DNA from: Myxococcota bacterium
Lineage (GTDB): Bacteria; Myxococcota_A; SURF-8
DNA length: 64,000 nucleotides
NCBI GenBank assembly: GCA_965140415.1
Contig: OZ223209.1
Coordinates: 5,280,001-5,344,000, forward strand
Direction of reading: 5' to 3'
Below, one piece after another: positions 19,484-29,234 of the stretch. The translations under genes were made by a program, and so were the position numbers. The notes below the pieces were generated by a model, which did not search any database, was not told the origin of the DNA, and saw only the letters and a program-made list of their open reading frames with translations. How positions within the stretch are numbered: position 1 is the stretch's first letter; each line of letters opens with the position of its first letter.

Positions 19484-21388
19484 TCAGGTTTCCACCACGA
19501 TCAGGGCTTCATCCGCCTGCACCGCCTGACCTGCAGAAACCAGAATACTCTTCACTGTTCCACTGACGTGCGTGAGGACGTCGTTTTCCATTTTCATGGC
19601 TTCGACGATGCAGATTTTCTGCCCGCGCTCGACAACATCTCCCGGCTTGACCAGAATATTCAGAATCGAGCCCTGCATCGGACAGGTTACCTGTACGCCT
19701 GCACCGTTTCCACCGCCCGCAGAAGCAGCGGGCGCAGCGGCAGGAGGCGTCGGAGCTGCTGGAGCGGCAGGCGCGGCGGCAACGGGAGCCGGGCGACTGG
19801 GTGCCGCAGGTCTGGCCGGAGCGGCAGCACGCGGTCGGTTAGGAGGTCCGGCGGGAGCGGGACGTGTACCGGAACCGGCAGGAGCCGGGCGCGTCGGGGC
19901 TGGACGTCCGCTGCTAGCAGGCGCGGGCCGGGCGGCAGCAGCTTTTTCCGTTTTGGCAGCCACCGGAACGATGCTCGCGCCTCCCGGCTGGGAAGGATTC
20001 ACTTCAACATGGTAGTTCTGTCCACCCACGTTGACATCGTAGGCCCGAACTTTCGACTGTCCCGGTTGTTCGGCTTTGGCTTTGCCTGACAACAACGCTT
20101 CGGCAGCTTTTTTATAGAAGGCCAGAAGCAATGATTCTTCTTCGCCCTTCACCAGCGACGAAAAGCTTTTTCCCAACTCGCCTAACACCGGTTCGATCGC
20201 TTCTCCCGCGCGCTCGGTATGTTCCGTTTTACCTTCCGGCAGCGCCTGTTTGAGATCAGAAGCCAATGAACCGGGCAAAGCGCCCCAGCAACCCAGCGTC
20301 AAGGCGCTGAAATCATCTGCCAGTTTTGCATACCGCTTTGCAGCGCTGCGATTCAAAACGGCCTGCTCGGCAATCGCCATAGCGGCAGCACCAGAAAGCG
20401 CCACCCCGCCAAGATCGTTGCGGATCGTAGCGACTTCGGCAAGAATCTGTTCCAAGCCGCTGTCATCACCGACCTCCGGCTTTTCCGCCAACTGGCGCAC
20501 CAGATAAGACGGCAGGTGGTGCTTCAGGATGCGCGATCCGACGCGAGAGCAACCTGCATCCGTGTCGCCGTCGTGCAAAGCTCGAAGCTTGCGGGCGAGA
20601 ACGAGCGCGGCGTCCAGCGCAGCCAGTTTGATTGTGCTATCGGCACTCACCACCAATGCTTCCGTTGCCGGAGCCGCTTCCCCGCGCGAGAAGGGAGAAA
20701 GCGCGGTATCCAAAAAATCGATCCCGGCGGAAATCGCCGCCTGATAAACCAGACCCGCTGTTTGTCCGGCATCGCTAACCGTTAAGGCCATGGGAAGCTT
20801 TACGGCTTTTTTCAGAGCTTGAACCAGCGCCGTTGCTAACACTGGTGTTAAAAACGCGGAACCATCGGAGAGGCACAGGGAATTGCACCCCATTTCCTCG
20901 TACTGCTTCGCCAGCTTGGCGGCTTCATCCGGCGCATTCACCAGTTTTTCCGTCAACTCGATGACGGCTTCCACCTGCTTACCGGCAGCCATCGCCGCCT
21001 TGACTGCAACCTCCAGGTTACGCGGATCGTTCAACGAGTCACCGATGCGGAAGAGATCCGCTCCGGCCTTGGCAACCTGCTGCACGGTTTTCTCAATGAC
21101 TTCATCCGGTTGCAGCTGCTTTCCGAAACCGCACAAGCCATCCAGGTGAACCATCAGGGGAGTGGCGCTCAGCGCCTGCTTGACGGTTTTGATCCGCTGC
21201 CAGGGGTTCTCGGCCAGCCGCTCCATGCAGATGCGGAACAGGTCCGAATTAAGGACTTCCAGCGCACGAAATCCGGCGCTATCCAGCGCTTTGGCCAGCG
21301 CAATCACATCCTCGTTTCGCATACGTCCACCGATCAGACATCCTTGCGCACTCCCAACCACGGTTTCCGTCAATTTGACCATTGGCAA
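19484..21388 (-). CDS. Pyruvate carboxylase subunit B / oxaloacetate decarboxylase alpha-like protein with degenerate catalytic motifs and biotinyl domain
   Basis: ENPWQR, FRIGDSLND, DTALSPFS..PATE; Pro/Ala linker; EAMKMEN biotinylation motif. Confidence 0.8.
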   Translation of the reverse strand: MPMVKLTETVVGSAQGCLIGGRMRNEDVIALAKALDSAGFRALEVLNSDLFRICMERLAENPWQRIKTVKQALSATPLMVHLDGLCGFGKQLQPDEVIEKTVQQVAKAGADLFRIGDSLNDPRNLEVAVKAAMAAGKQVEAVIELTEKLVNAPDEAAKLAKQYEEMGCNSLCLSDGSAFLTPVLATALVQALKKAVKLPMALTVSDAGQTAGLVYQAAISAGIDFLDTALSPFSRGEAAPATEALVVSADSTIKLAALDAALVLARKLRALHDGDTDAGCSRVGSRILKHHLPSYLVRQLAEKPEVGDDSGLEQILAEVATIRNDLGGVALSGAAAMAIAEQAVLNRSAAKRYAKLADDFSALTLGCWGALPGSLASDLKQALPEGKTEHTERAGEAIEPVLGELGKSFSSLVKGEEESLLLAFYKKAAEALLSGKAKAEQPGQSKVRAYDVNVGGQNYHVEVNPSQPGGASIVPVAAKTEKAAAARPAPASSGRPAPTRPAPAGSGTRPAPAGPPNRPRAAAPARPAAPSRPAPVAAAPAAPAAPTPPAAAPAASAGGGNGAGVQVTCPMQGSILNILVKPGDVVERGQKICIVEAMKMENDVLTHVSGTVKSILVSAGQAVQADEALIVVET

Positions 21389-21475
21389 CCTCTCTTGTCG
21401 AACGAGCTTTCACATATATTCACGATTAGTCCGGTATTACCCGATAACCGCTTCCAGTCAATCCTATTTTCAACG

Positions 21476-22228
21476 CTAACGGCGCTTCGTCACTCGCAGG
21501 CAATCACCTTCCGACAACTGTTCCACACCACTTGCCGTTTTCACTTTCAACTCAAAGGCATCCGTCACACCCAGGCATTCACCACAAACTTCACCACGGT
21601 GCGTCTGAATGCAAACCCAACTCCCCGGCATGATCGAACGTTCACTCCAACGCTGCAACAACAGCTTTGCGTCACTTTCAGAAACAAGCGACCATTGCAG
21701 GCGCAGTTCTCGCAGCAGCGCATCGCGCAGAGTTTCGATATCGTACTGTAGCCCGGTCTGTTGCGCAAGGGAGGTTGGCGGAAATAATGAATCCGTCGGT
21801 TCCACCTCGGCATTGACGTTGATCCCGATTCCCGCAATCACATGCACCGATCCACCGGGAACCTGTACCAGTTCGGATAAAATACCGCAGAGCTTTTTCC
21901 CGTTTAACAGAATGTCGTTCGGCCACTTCAAATCCGCTTCGACCTGCGCCTGTTCATGCAACATGCCTTGCACGGCCAGTCCCGCCGCCACGGCATACAA
22001 GATAGGCTGGGAGAACCCTTGCGGCAAACAATGCGATACGGACAGGTAGCATCCTCCCTCCGGCGACAGCCACCGACGACCCATGCGCCCTACCCCGGCC
22101 ATCTGCCGACGCGCCCACACGGCGCCATTATGCATCTCGCCTATAAGTAAGGCGTTTTTCAGCACCAGGTTTGTAGAGTCGGTCTGCTCCAGTTCGAGCA
22201 GCCCGTTGTCATCCGCCTGCGCATACAC
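21476..22228 (-). CDS. birA: Biotin-protein ligase (no HTH)
   Basis: DSTN, QMAGVGRMGRRWLSP, KWPNDI, KKLCGIL, GIGINV. Confidence 0.92.
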   Translation of the reverse strand: MYAQADDNGLLELEQTDSTNLVLKNALLIGEMHNGAVWARRQMAGVGRMGRRWLSPEGGCYLSVSHCLPQGFSQPILYAVAAGLAVQGMLHEQAQVEADLKWPNDILLNGKKLCGILSELVQVPGGSVHVIAGIGINVNAEVEPTDSLFPPTSLAQQTGLQYDIETLRDALLRELRLQWSLVSESDAKLLLQRWSERSIMPGSWVCIQTHRGEVCGECLGVTDAFELKVKTASGVEQLSEGDCLRVTKRR

Positions 22229-22488
22229 GGTTATTTTCCTTTGCGCTTACGGTTGCGCCGAAAGCGAACCGCTTTTGTTGTTGTACAGAACCACTCTTGA
22301 CTACCGCGTGCGCCCTTGTGCGTCAACCCTTTTTATCATCTCATCTCGGAGACTTTCCTCGTCCCTTTCAGTTGGTTGCAATTGATTGACAGTTCATTCC
22401 CATTTGAGGTAGGCTACGACAATCAACATTGATTCACGAATCAACCGCCACCGTTATATACAAGACCGTTTTGAAAGGAGCAAAAGAA

Positions 22489-23400
22489 ATGAAGCGTTTG
22501 GTACCCATGTTCGTGCTCGCTTGCGTCCTGATATCTTTTTCCGCCTTTGCCCAGCAAGCCGAGAAAGCCAAAGAAGCCCCGGCTGCTGAAAAAGCTCCCG
22601 CAGCACAAGCGGCGCAACCCGCCGCAGAAGCCAAAACAGAAGCCGCCCCGGCTGAACCTGCCAAAGCAGAACCTGCCAAAGCTGAACCTGCTAAAACTGA
22701 ACCTGCCAAGGCTGAACCCAAAGTGGATGAAGGTCTGCTTTTGGCCTCCAAACTGATCAAGCAGGCGAAAGCCGCTGCGGACGCAGTAAAAACGATGACC
22801 TGCAAATTCCACAAACAGGAATACAAAGGCAAGCAGTGGCCCAAGGAAGAAGCCATGATGAAATGGCGTCGCAATCCGCGCAGCATTTATATGAAATGGG
22901 TCGGCAAAGAAAAAACCAACCAGGAAACCATTTGGCGCAAAGGCTGGAACGACAATAAAATCCGCGCCCACAAAGGCTCCTTCCCCGATGTCACCGCCAA
23001 TCTGAAAACCGATTCCTGGATGGCCATGCGCGATAATCGCCACCCGGTCGTCGATGCCGGTTTCGACCACACCATTTACCTGATCCAGAAAGACATCAAC
23101 TACGGTCTGAAGCACCCGGAATCGATTTCGGTCAAGAACCTGGGGCTGAAAAAAGTGTTCGGACGCAAAAGCCAGTGTTTCGAATCCACCACCGACAAAA
23201 AGAACCACAAAGAATATTACGGTTATAAAGCGGTCATCTGCATGGATGCCGCCCTGAAAACTCCCAGCAAAGTTCAGATCTGGGATCTTGAGGACGACAA
23301 AGTCCGCAAGGTCGAAGACTACGGCTATTCGGAAGTCGTGTTGAATCCGCCGCTGACCGACGCGGATTTCGATCCTGAAAACGAGAAATACAACTTCTAA
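22489..23400 (+). CDS. Secreted DUF1571/LolA-fold-like protein with EPAKA repeat linker
   Basis: Signal peptide AFA-QQ, AEPAK repeats, FHKQE..MKW..SIYMKW, NPPLTDADFDPEN.YNF terminus. Confidence 0.7.
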   Translation: MKRLVPMFVLACVLISFSAFAQQAEKAKEAPAAEKAPAAQAAQPAAEAKTEAAPAEPAKAEPAKAEPAKTEPAKAEPKVDEGLLLASKLIKQAKAAADAVKTMTCKFHKQEYKGKQWPKEEAMMKWRRNPRSIYMKWVGKEKTNQETIWRKGWNDNKIRAHKGSFPDVTANLKTDSWMAMRDNRHPVVDAGFDHTIYLIQKDINYGLKHPESISVKNLGLKKVFGRKSQCFESTTDKKNHKEYYGYKAVICMDAALKTPSKVQIWDLEDDKVRKVEDYGYSEVVLNPPLTDADFDPENEKYNF

Positions 23401-23423
23401 GATTTTTCCTACGTGACAGATCG

Positions 23424-23458
23424 ACCGGCGGCGAGGGATTTCCTCCCGCCGGTTTTTT
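23424..23458 (+). terminator. Rho-independent terminator
   Basis: accggcgg..ccgccggt stem followed by T run. Confidence 0.75.
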
Positions 23459-23782
23459 ACGTTGTGAACGTTGGATGAGTAGTAGCTGAGCCACTTACAG
23501 TACTGTAAGTTTTACACGACGCGGCGGCAGACGTACTAAATCCGCACTAGAACGACAGTAAAAGCACACTAAAACAACACTAGATGACCGTAAACGACCA
23601 CTGGAATTTCGGCATCATTCGAAAAAGTGGCCCAATACTAGCCAATGTGCTTATTTGCGCAATTGCTCTATCGGTTCAGAGTATTTTTTACTGCGTGTCA
23701 GCAGTTGTTCGTGCCACAAATTTCGGAGTGATGAACCATGCGATAATTTGGGGATCATTCATGCAAGGATCGCATCTCAAAA

Positions 23783-23823
23783 ACACACAGCCTCCCGAAC
23801 TCCGTTCGTGAGACTATGGCACA
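23783..23823. repeat. Right half of family B repeat
   Basis: acacacagcctccc..cgtgagactatggcaca matches the 3' arm of the 14767 and 27153 copies. Confidence 0.65.
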
Positions 23824-23836
23824 ATTACAATTCAAT

Positions 23837-24044
23837 AAGATCAAGGCTTGTCACGGACACCCGCCAATGTCGGGCAAAAAATTTGCCCGACCTACTTTTT
23901 TCTTAGCCCATGACACCCAATCAATTCGTCAAAGATCAAGGCTTGTCACGGACACTCGTCGCAAGTCTTTCATAAACGAAATTGTATCATTGAATCGTTA
24001 TATGACGAAATGAAAATGTCGGGCAAGAAATTTGCCCGACCTAC
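23837..24044. repeat. Composite repeat cluster: two 24-bp direct repeats and two GTAG-type REPs
   Basis: aagatcaaggcttgtcacggacac at 23837 and 23932; GTCGGGCAA..TTGCCCGAC-CTAC at 23869 and 24018. Confidence 0.8.
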
Positions 24045-24074
24045 TTTTTACGAATCAATTGATTGAGAAGCGAT

Positions 24075-24890
24075 CTAACGCGGGGAAGAACAATCGCAAT
24101 AAACGGAGTTATACAGATCATCGAAACACAAGGGCTGCGGGGCGGTTTCTTCCGTCTGGCAGTAGGCGGCGCAATCGACGAGGCTCCATTCGCCTTGCGT
24201 ACAGGAGCACAAGTTCCAATCATCAAAACAGAACTTGCGCCCTTCGTTGTCGCAGGAGCCGGAACACTGCACGGGAAGCGGGTCTTCGCAGAAGCATTGA
24301 TTCAATCCGCTTCCTGCGTTTAACCCGCAATAAGCGAAGTCCTGTTCCAGATCCTCACACCAATCGACACAATCGGTCTGCGTCCAGTTGCCATCGAGGC
24401 AGGCACACAGCACGCCATCGATACAGAAGGTTTGTACGGTATCGCCGCATTCACCGCTGCAACTGGCTGGAGCATCGCCATCGACAATGGACAGATCGCC
24501 ATCCGCATCGACGACCCCATCTCCGTCCTGAATACGCTCATCGCCATCCACTAACGGGATATTTTGCAGGCATTGTTGAATGCCGGAACAACTTGCACTT
24601 AAAACACAATCGGGAAAGTCCTGACCGTATTCCCCGGCGATGCAGCGTTGCAGGCAGATCGAGTCGACGTCTCCATCTTCTTCGGTAGCGGAAGTGTTGG
24701 CAAATGCCGCCAGGCATTCATCCTGACGCGCACAGGCGAGTCGGCAGGATTCGATCCAGTTCACATCGCCGTCTTCGCCGAGTTGATCGCCATCGGTTTC
24801 ACTTGAAAAGTCATCGTCTTCCGTACAGGCGAAAAACGCGAGTACAATTATCATCAACATGAACAGTAAAGGGAATCGAGAATGGGACAT
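24075..24890 (-). CDS. Cys-rich lipoprotein
   Basis: FFAC lipobox, DGD linkers, one 8-Cys module and two Cys-rich repeats. Confidence 0.7.
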   Translation of the reverse strand: MSHSRFPLLFMLMIIVLAFFACTEDDDFSSETDGDQLGEDGDVNWIESCRLACARQDECLAAFANTSATEEDGDVDSICLQRCIAGEYGQDFPDCVLSASCSGIQQCLQNIPLVDGDERIQDGDGVVDADGDLSIVDGDAPASCSGECGDTVQTFCIDGVLCACLDGNWTQTDCVDWCEDLEQDFAYCGLNAGSGLNQCFCEDPLPVQCSGSCDNEGRKFCFDDWNLCSCTQGEWSLVDCAAYCQTEETAPQPLCFDDLYNSVYCDCSSPR

Positions 24891-25059
24891 TAGTAGGTAA
24901 CTCCGTACATAGCGGTCGTGGTCGGTTCCGTGACGAACCGATGCGATATAGTATACTTCATGGCATAGGATGTCGTCAATGGTGGTTGCAGCCACAAAAA
25001 AGCCGACGCAAGGATACGCCGGCTGTTGAAGCTAGGCTTCGAATCGTCTATTCAGCGAA

Positions 25060-25362
25060 TTATTCGCCGCTGGGGCTGCCGCAAACAGACTTGAGCTCTG
25101 CGCAATCTTTCTCGACGATGCACTGGGACATGTCCTGGTTGATCTCGTCTGCTTCATCGCAGGAGGTCTTGCAGTTTTCGGACCATTGCAGATCCAACAC
25201 GCCGTCCCCACCGTTTTCGGGCTGGTCGCATTCCATCAGCTTCACGCAGGCTTTCTTGCAATCTTCACGATTGGGATCGCCACAACCGCTTGCCAACAGC
25301 AAGGAGAGCAATATGGCCATCACAACGAGCTTGAGAGTCAACAAGCGGCTATTTTTCTTCAT
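25060..25362 (-). CDS. Small Cys-rich lipoprotein
   Basis: LASGC lipobox; 8-Cys module; RBS aggag. Confidence 0.75.
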   Translation of the reverse strand: MKKNSRLLTLKLVVMAILLSLLLASGCGDPNREDCKKACVKLMECDQPENGGDGVLDLQWSENCKTSCDEADEINQDMSQCIVEKDCAELKSVCGSPSGE

Positions 25363-25532
25363 TCGCCTTCTCCTTCAAACGAAGGGAACCACCCGGCTTG
25401 TTCCCGCAGCATGTCCCCAAAAACGGCCCCAGCACAACTGGAAGCAACGACAATCGCACCGATTATTAACCGATTACACCGGTTTAGTCAAGAATTTCAG
25501 CTAAGTTCAATTCTCGAAGCAGCGTCTGTCGT

Positions 25533-25853
25533 CTAATAATCCCAGCTACATCCCATGATCGCGTCGCACTCGGACGATTCAATGCAAAGCAGCGTTTCGT
25601 AATCGAAATATTGCAACTGGTTGCAACGCTGTTCGCAGTCAGTCAGGAAATTACCCTCAGCCAATTCCTCAATACAATCCGCCAACTTCTGGCAGGCATC
25701 CTTGCAGCGCTGTTCATCGCGCTGACCGCTGGTCGGATAGGAGTCGGTGGGGTCATTATCACTGCTGTTATCGCCGCAAGCGCTGAAACTAAGTGCCAAA
25801 ACGAGCATAAGCGCCACCAACAACCCGAACATCAGGCTTGAGCTCTTCTTCAT
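25533..25853 (-). CDS. Small Cys-rich lipoprotein
   Basis: FSAC lipobox; 8-Cys module; RBS aggag. Confidence 0.75.
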   Translation of the reverse strand: MKKSSSLMFGLLVALMLVLALSFSACGDNSSDNDPTDSYPTSGQRDEQRCKDACQKLADCIEELAEGNFLTDCEQRCNQLQYFDYETLLCIESSECDAIMGCSWDY

Positions 25854-26020
25854 CCAACTCTCTCCTTTCAGAAGTCCAATCGAGGACTGAGTTTCCACCA
25901 CTTCTGAACTAGATTGACTAGCACGAGATTCCGCAGGCTGTCAAGATCATTCGAATATAATTTATAGAAGGGGAAGGAATTCCGGCGTCAGAAAAAGCAG
26001 TTCAACAGCGCGAAATCGGT

Positions 26021-27118
26021 TCAATTCGACGGCAACATGCCTCGATCCAGGTAACGGTCGATAATCACAGACGATTCTTTGGTCAGCAATTCCCTGGCCG
26101 CCAACATGCGCGACACAATGAAATCCATGCGCACGATTCGAACGACGGGAGTGGCTACCGTCGCCGTGCTGGCCCGTACCAACACACCGACCAGAATTCC
26201 CTGCTCATTGAACACACCGGAGCCGCTCATGCCCAGCGCCGCCGTGCCCGTTACGATGAATTCCGCTTCCGGATCGTAGGCAATGCCGCCCTCTTCATCT
26301 CCAGCCTCACGCAGCGCCGCCAGTGCAGCGTCGATTTGCGCATCGGACAAGACCTGCCCCACACTGAACACCATGTGATCGGTATAGACGTCGCTGTTGG
26401 GAAAACCGATCAGCAGAACGCGCTCCCCGATTTTGACATCGGCGTAAGTCGGTGACTGACTGGCGCGCTGTAATGGATCGTAGAAATCCGGACTTTGTGG
26501 CTGAATCCCTGAAACATCCTGCGGAATCAGCGGACTGGCAATGGTTTGCGAATCGACGGCCAAGGCGAAATAGTCGTGTCGTGGCAAGATGTTGGCATAG
26601 CCATCCAGCGTCATCGCGCCGGGAATATCCGGCTGAAAGAGCATAAAACTGGCAGAAGCCATCCCTTTGGGCTGTGCCGAGCCGGTTTGAACCAGGAAAC
26701 TGAAGTCGAAGCCACTCTGCTCTTCGGGATTGTATAGGGTCAACGGAATATCCGTGCCCACCGCTTCTCCGAAGCGGCGAAGCACATGCGCGGCGGAAAG
26801 CAGCAGCGCCGTTTGGGATTCGGTGTTCCGGCTCCAGATCGAAGCGCTGCCGGAATAGCCTTTGACAACCCGACCATAGACGGCCTCCACCCATTCGTAG
26901 CAGGCATTGCCTGGAGCGTTCAAAAGAGCTGAAACCGCAAATACACCATTGATATCACTGCAATTACTTGGCAATGCGTCAGCGGAAAACGGGATGTTGG
27001 TCGAAACCGTCTGCCCGGCTTCGCTTTCGTGACAGGCAACAGATCCCGCGCACATCGCCAGTGCAACCAGCACCGGCACGATCCATTGCCATAGCTTTTT
27101 ACCAAAACCCGATTTCAT
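26021..27118 (-). CDS. Divergent trypsin-like serine protease lipoprotein
   Basis: SVAC lipobox; LSAAHV, HDYF, GMSGSGVF. Confidence 0.7.
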   Translation of the reverse strand: MKSGFGKKLWQWIVPVLVALAMCAGSVACHESEAGQTVSTNIPFSADALPSNCSDINGVFAVSALLNAPGNACYEWVEAVYGRVVKGYSGSASIWSRNTESQTALLLSAAHVLRRFGEAVGTDIPLTLYNPEEQSGFDFSFLVQTGSAQPKGMASASFMLFQPDIPGAMTLDGYANILPRHDYFALAVDSQTIASPLIPQDVSGIQPQSPDFYDPLQRASQSPTYADVKIGERVLLIGFPNSDVYTDHMVFSVGQVLSDAQIDAALAALREAGDEEGGIAYDPEAEFIVTGTAALGMSGSGVFNEQGILVGVLVRASTATVATPVVRIVRMDFIVSRMLAARELLTKESSVIIDRYLDRGMLPSN

Positions 27119-27152
27119 TTGCTATACCGGTTCTCAATCATTTCCAGCCACT

Positions 27153-27287
27153 AATGTGTGCCATAGTCTTACGCGATCGAAGATCGTGGAAGGCTGTGTG
27201 TCTTCAATAAGTTACACACGGCCTCCCGGAACTTCCATTCCGTGAGACCATGGCACATCGTGATTACTCGATGGTCAGAAATGAGTA
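27153..27287. repeat. 135-bp palindromic repeat, family B
   Basis: Near-identical to 14767-14901. Confidence 0.9.
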
Positions 27288-27652
27288 ATATCTGTTCTAA
27301 GCACTCCCATTTCATCGCGTTTTCCAGCCGAGACGGTTATCGGTCACACTGGAAGTGACTTTGTTTTCATCGGTGTACGCCATCACAGGGAGACTGTCAA
27401 GTTGCTTTGAACGTTGTGAAACGAATCGGCCACCCACAGATGGGTGATATGGGCTAAGCGACGAGAAACGGAGCTTGCCCATGTGGCTCTCGAACACGGG
27501 CAAACCTGCGGTTTAGCCCGCGCCACCCGGAACTCAGACAGATTTTCAATAGTTGATGATGCTCCCAAAACGAATCGGCCACCCACGAATTGTCGCGAGT
27601 GGCCGATTGACCGGAACAATGGGGTCGGGGTTGTTAACCCGTGGCGAGACCC

Positions 27653-29116
27653 TTACTTGTTGCGGAAGGCGATAAAGAGCGCCATGCGGTTGCGGTTGAC
27701 GAGCATCCGCACGGTTTTCCCTTTCTTGATCTTCTTCATGATTTTGACGAAATGCTCGGGACTTTTCACGATTACACTATTGACTTTGCGAACCACGTCG
27801 CCCGGACGCAGACCCGCCGAAGCGGCTGGAGAATCCATCTCGATGCGTGTGATCAATGCGCCCTTCCCGTCTGAAATACCAAGTCTTTTCTGGATCTTAG
27901 GATCGGGAGAGGTCACATGCATGCCCAGTGCGTTATATCCGCTGTCACCCGGTTGCAGATCGCCCATGGCTTCCTCGTCGGAATCGGGCATCCGACCGAG
28001 AGTCAGGGAGAGTGAAATCGTTTTCTTGTCCCGCCAGACCTCCAGCTTGACTTTCGTACCGACTCCGGCGGTGGAAGCGTACCAGGTCAGATCGGAGTAG
28101 GTTTTGATATCCTTGCCGTCGAATTTCAGGATGACGTCTTCCGCTTTAAGGCCCGCCTTGTCCGCCGGGCTGTCGGGAACGGTGGCCGCCACCAGTGCGC
28201 CTTTAGCCTCTTTCAAGCCCAGGCTTTCCGCCAGTTCGCTATTGATCTGCTGAATACGAATGCCGATCCAGCTACGCTCCACTTTGCCGGTGACAAGCTG
28301 CGGCAGCAGCGTTTTGGCCATATTGACCGGAATGGCAAAGCCGATGCCCGCGCCCTGCGCAATGGCGGTATTGATACCCACCACTTCACCGTAGATATTC
28401 AAAAGCGGTCCACCGGAGTTTCCGGGATTGATGGAGGCGTCGGTCTGGATGAAATTGGCATAGATATGCCGTCCCGACGGCGTGATGTCCTTGCGGCCCT
28501 TCTGGCTGACGATACCCTGGGTCACTGTCTGCGAAAGCCCCAACGGATTGCCCATGGCCACCACCATGTGGCCGACTTCCAACCGGTCGGAGTCTCCCAA
28601 GACCAGGTAAGGAAGCGGATCGCCGGCTTCGATCTTCACCAGGCCCAAATCGGTGCGTTCGTCGCGCCCGATGATCTTGGCCGGGTATTCCTTACCGTCG
28701 TCAAGCGTAACGGTGATTTCGTCGGCGTCTTCAATCACATGGTTATTGGTCAGGATGTAGCCGTTTTCATTGATGATAAACCCGCTGCCCAGCCCCTGCT
28801 GTTTGAACGGAGAACGGCCCTGCGGCATATTGAAGAAGAAATCGAAGAAATCATCGTAACGCTGGTTACCACGTCCACGCCTGCCAATACCTTTTTCGGT
28901 GGCGATCGAGACCACCGCAGGCAGGGTTTGCGTAACCAAGGCATTCATTTTATTATTAAATTCAGGATTGACGAAAGGCTCGTGATCGCTGTCGGAATCG
29001 GTCCAGATTTTATCGTTGGCGCTGGCGAGATTGGGACTGACGTTTAGTGTATACGCCAGAGCAAGTACGGCGAATAATCCCAGAATCAGTATCGAAATTT
29101 GTCTGGTTCGTTTCAT
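27653..29116 (-). CDS. degP: Do/DegP/HtrA family serine protease with two PDZ domains
   Basis: GSGFII, TNNHVI, QTDASINPGNSGGPL, two PDZ domains. Confidence 0.92.
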   Translation of the reverse strand: MKRTRQISILILGLFAVLALAYTLNVSPNLASANDKIWTDSDSDHEPFVNPEFNNKMNALVTQTLPAVVSIATEKGIGRRGRGNQRYDDFFDFFFNMPQGRSPFKQQGLGSGFIINENGYILTNNHVIEDADEITVTLDDGKEYPAKIIGRDERTDLGLVKIEAGDPLPYLVLGDSDRLEVGHMVVAMGNPLGLSQTVTQGIVSQKGRKDITPSGRHIYANFIQTDASINPGNSGGPLLNIYGEVVGINTAIAQGAGIGFAIPVNMAKTLLPQLVTGKVERSWIGIRIQQINSELAESLGLKEAKGALVAATVPDSPADKAGLKAEDVILKFDGKDIKTYSDLTWYASTAGVGTKVKLEVWRDKKTISLSLTLGRMPDSDEEAMGDLQPGDSGYNALGMHVTSPDPKIQKRLGISDGKGALITRIEMDSPAASAGLRPGDVVRKVNSVIVKSPEHFVKIMKKIKKGKTVRMLVNRNRMALFIAFRNK

Positions 29117-29234
29117 TCGTAACCTCCTTCAGGACAAAACAGTTCGTCGCTATCTGCCTGATACAAACAGACTCGCCCCCTATTATATTCCCGATTTTCA
29201 GGACAAATACAGAAATGGAAAATCGACGCGACGG

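Noticed and set aside
23837-23955. CRISPR-like 24-bp direct repeats
   Set aside because: Only two copies, 71-bp spacer that itself contains a REP hairpin, and no cas genes.
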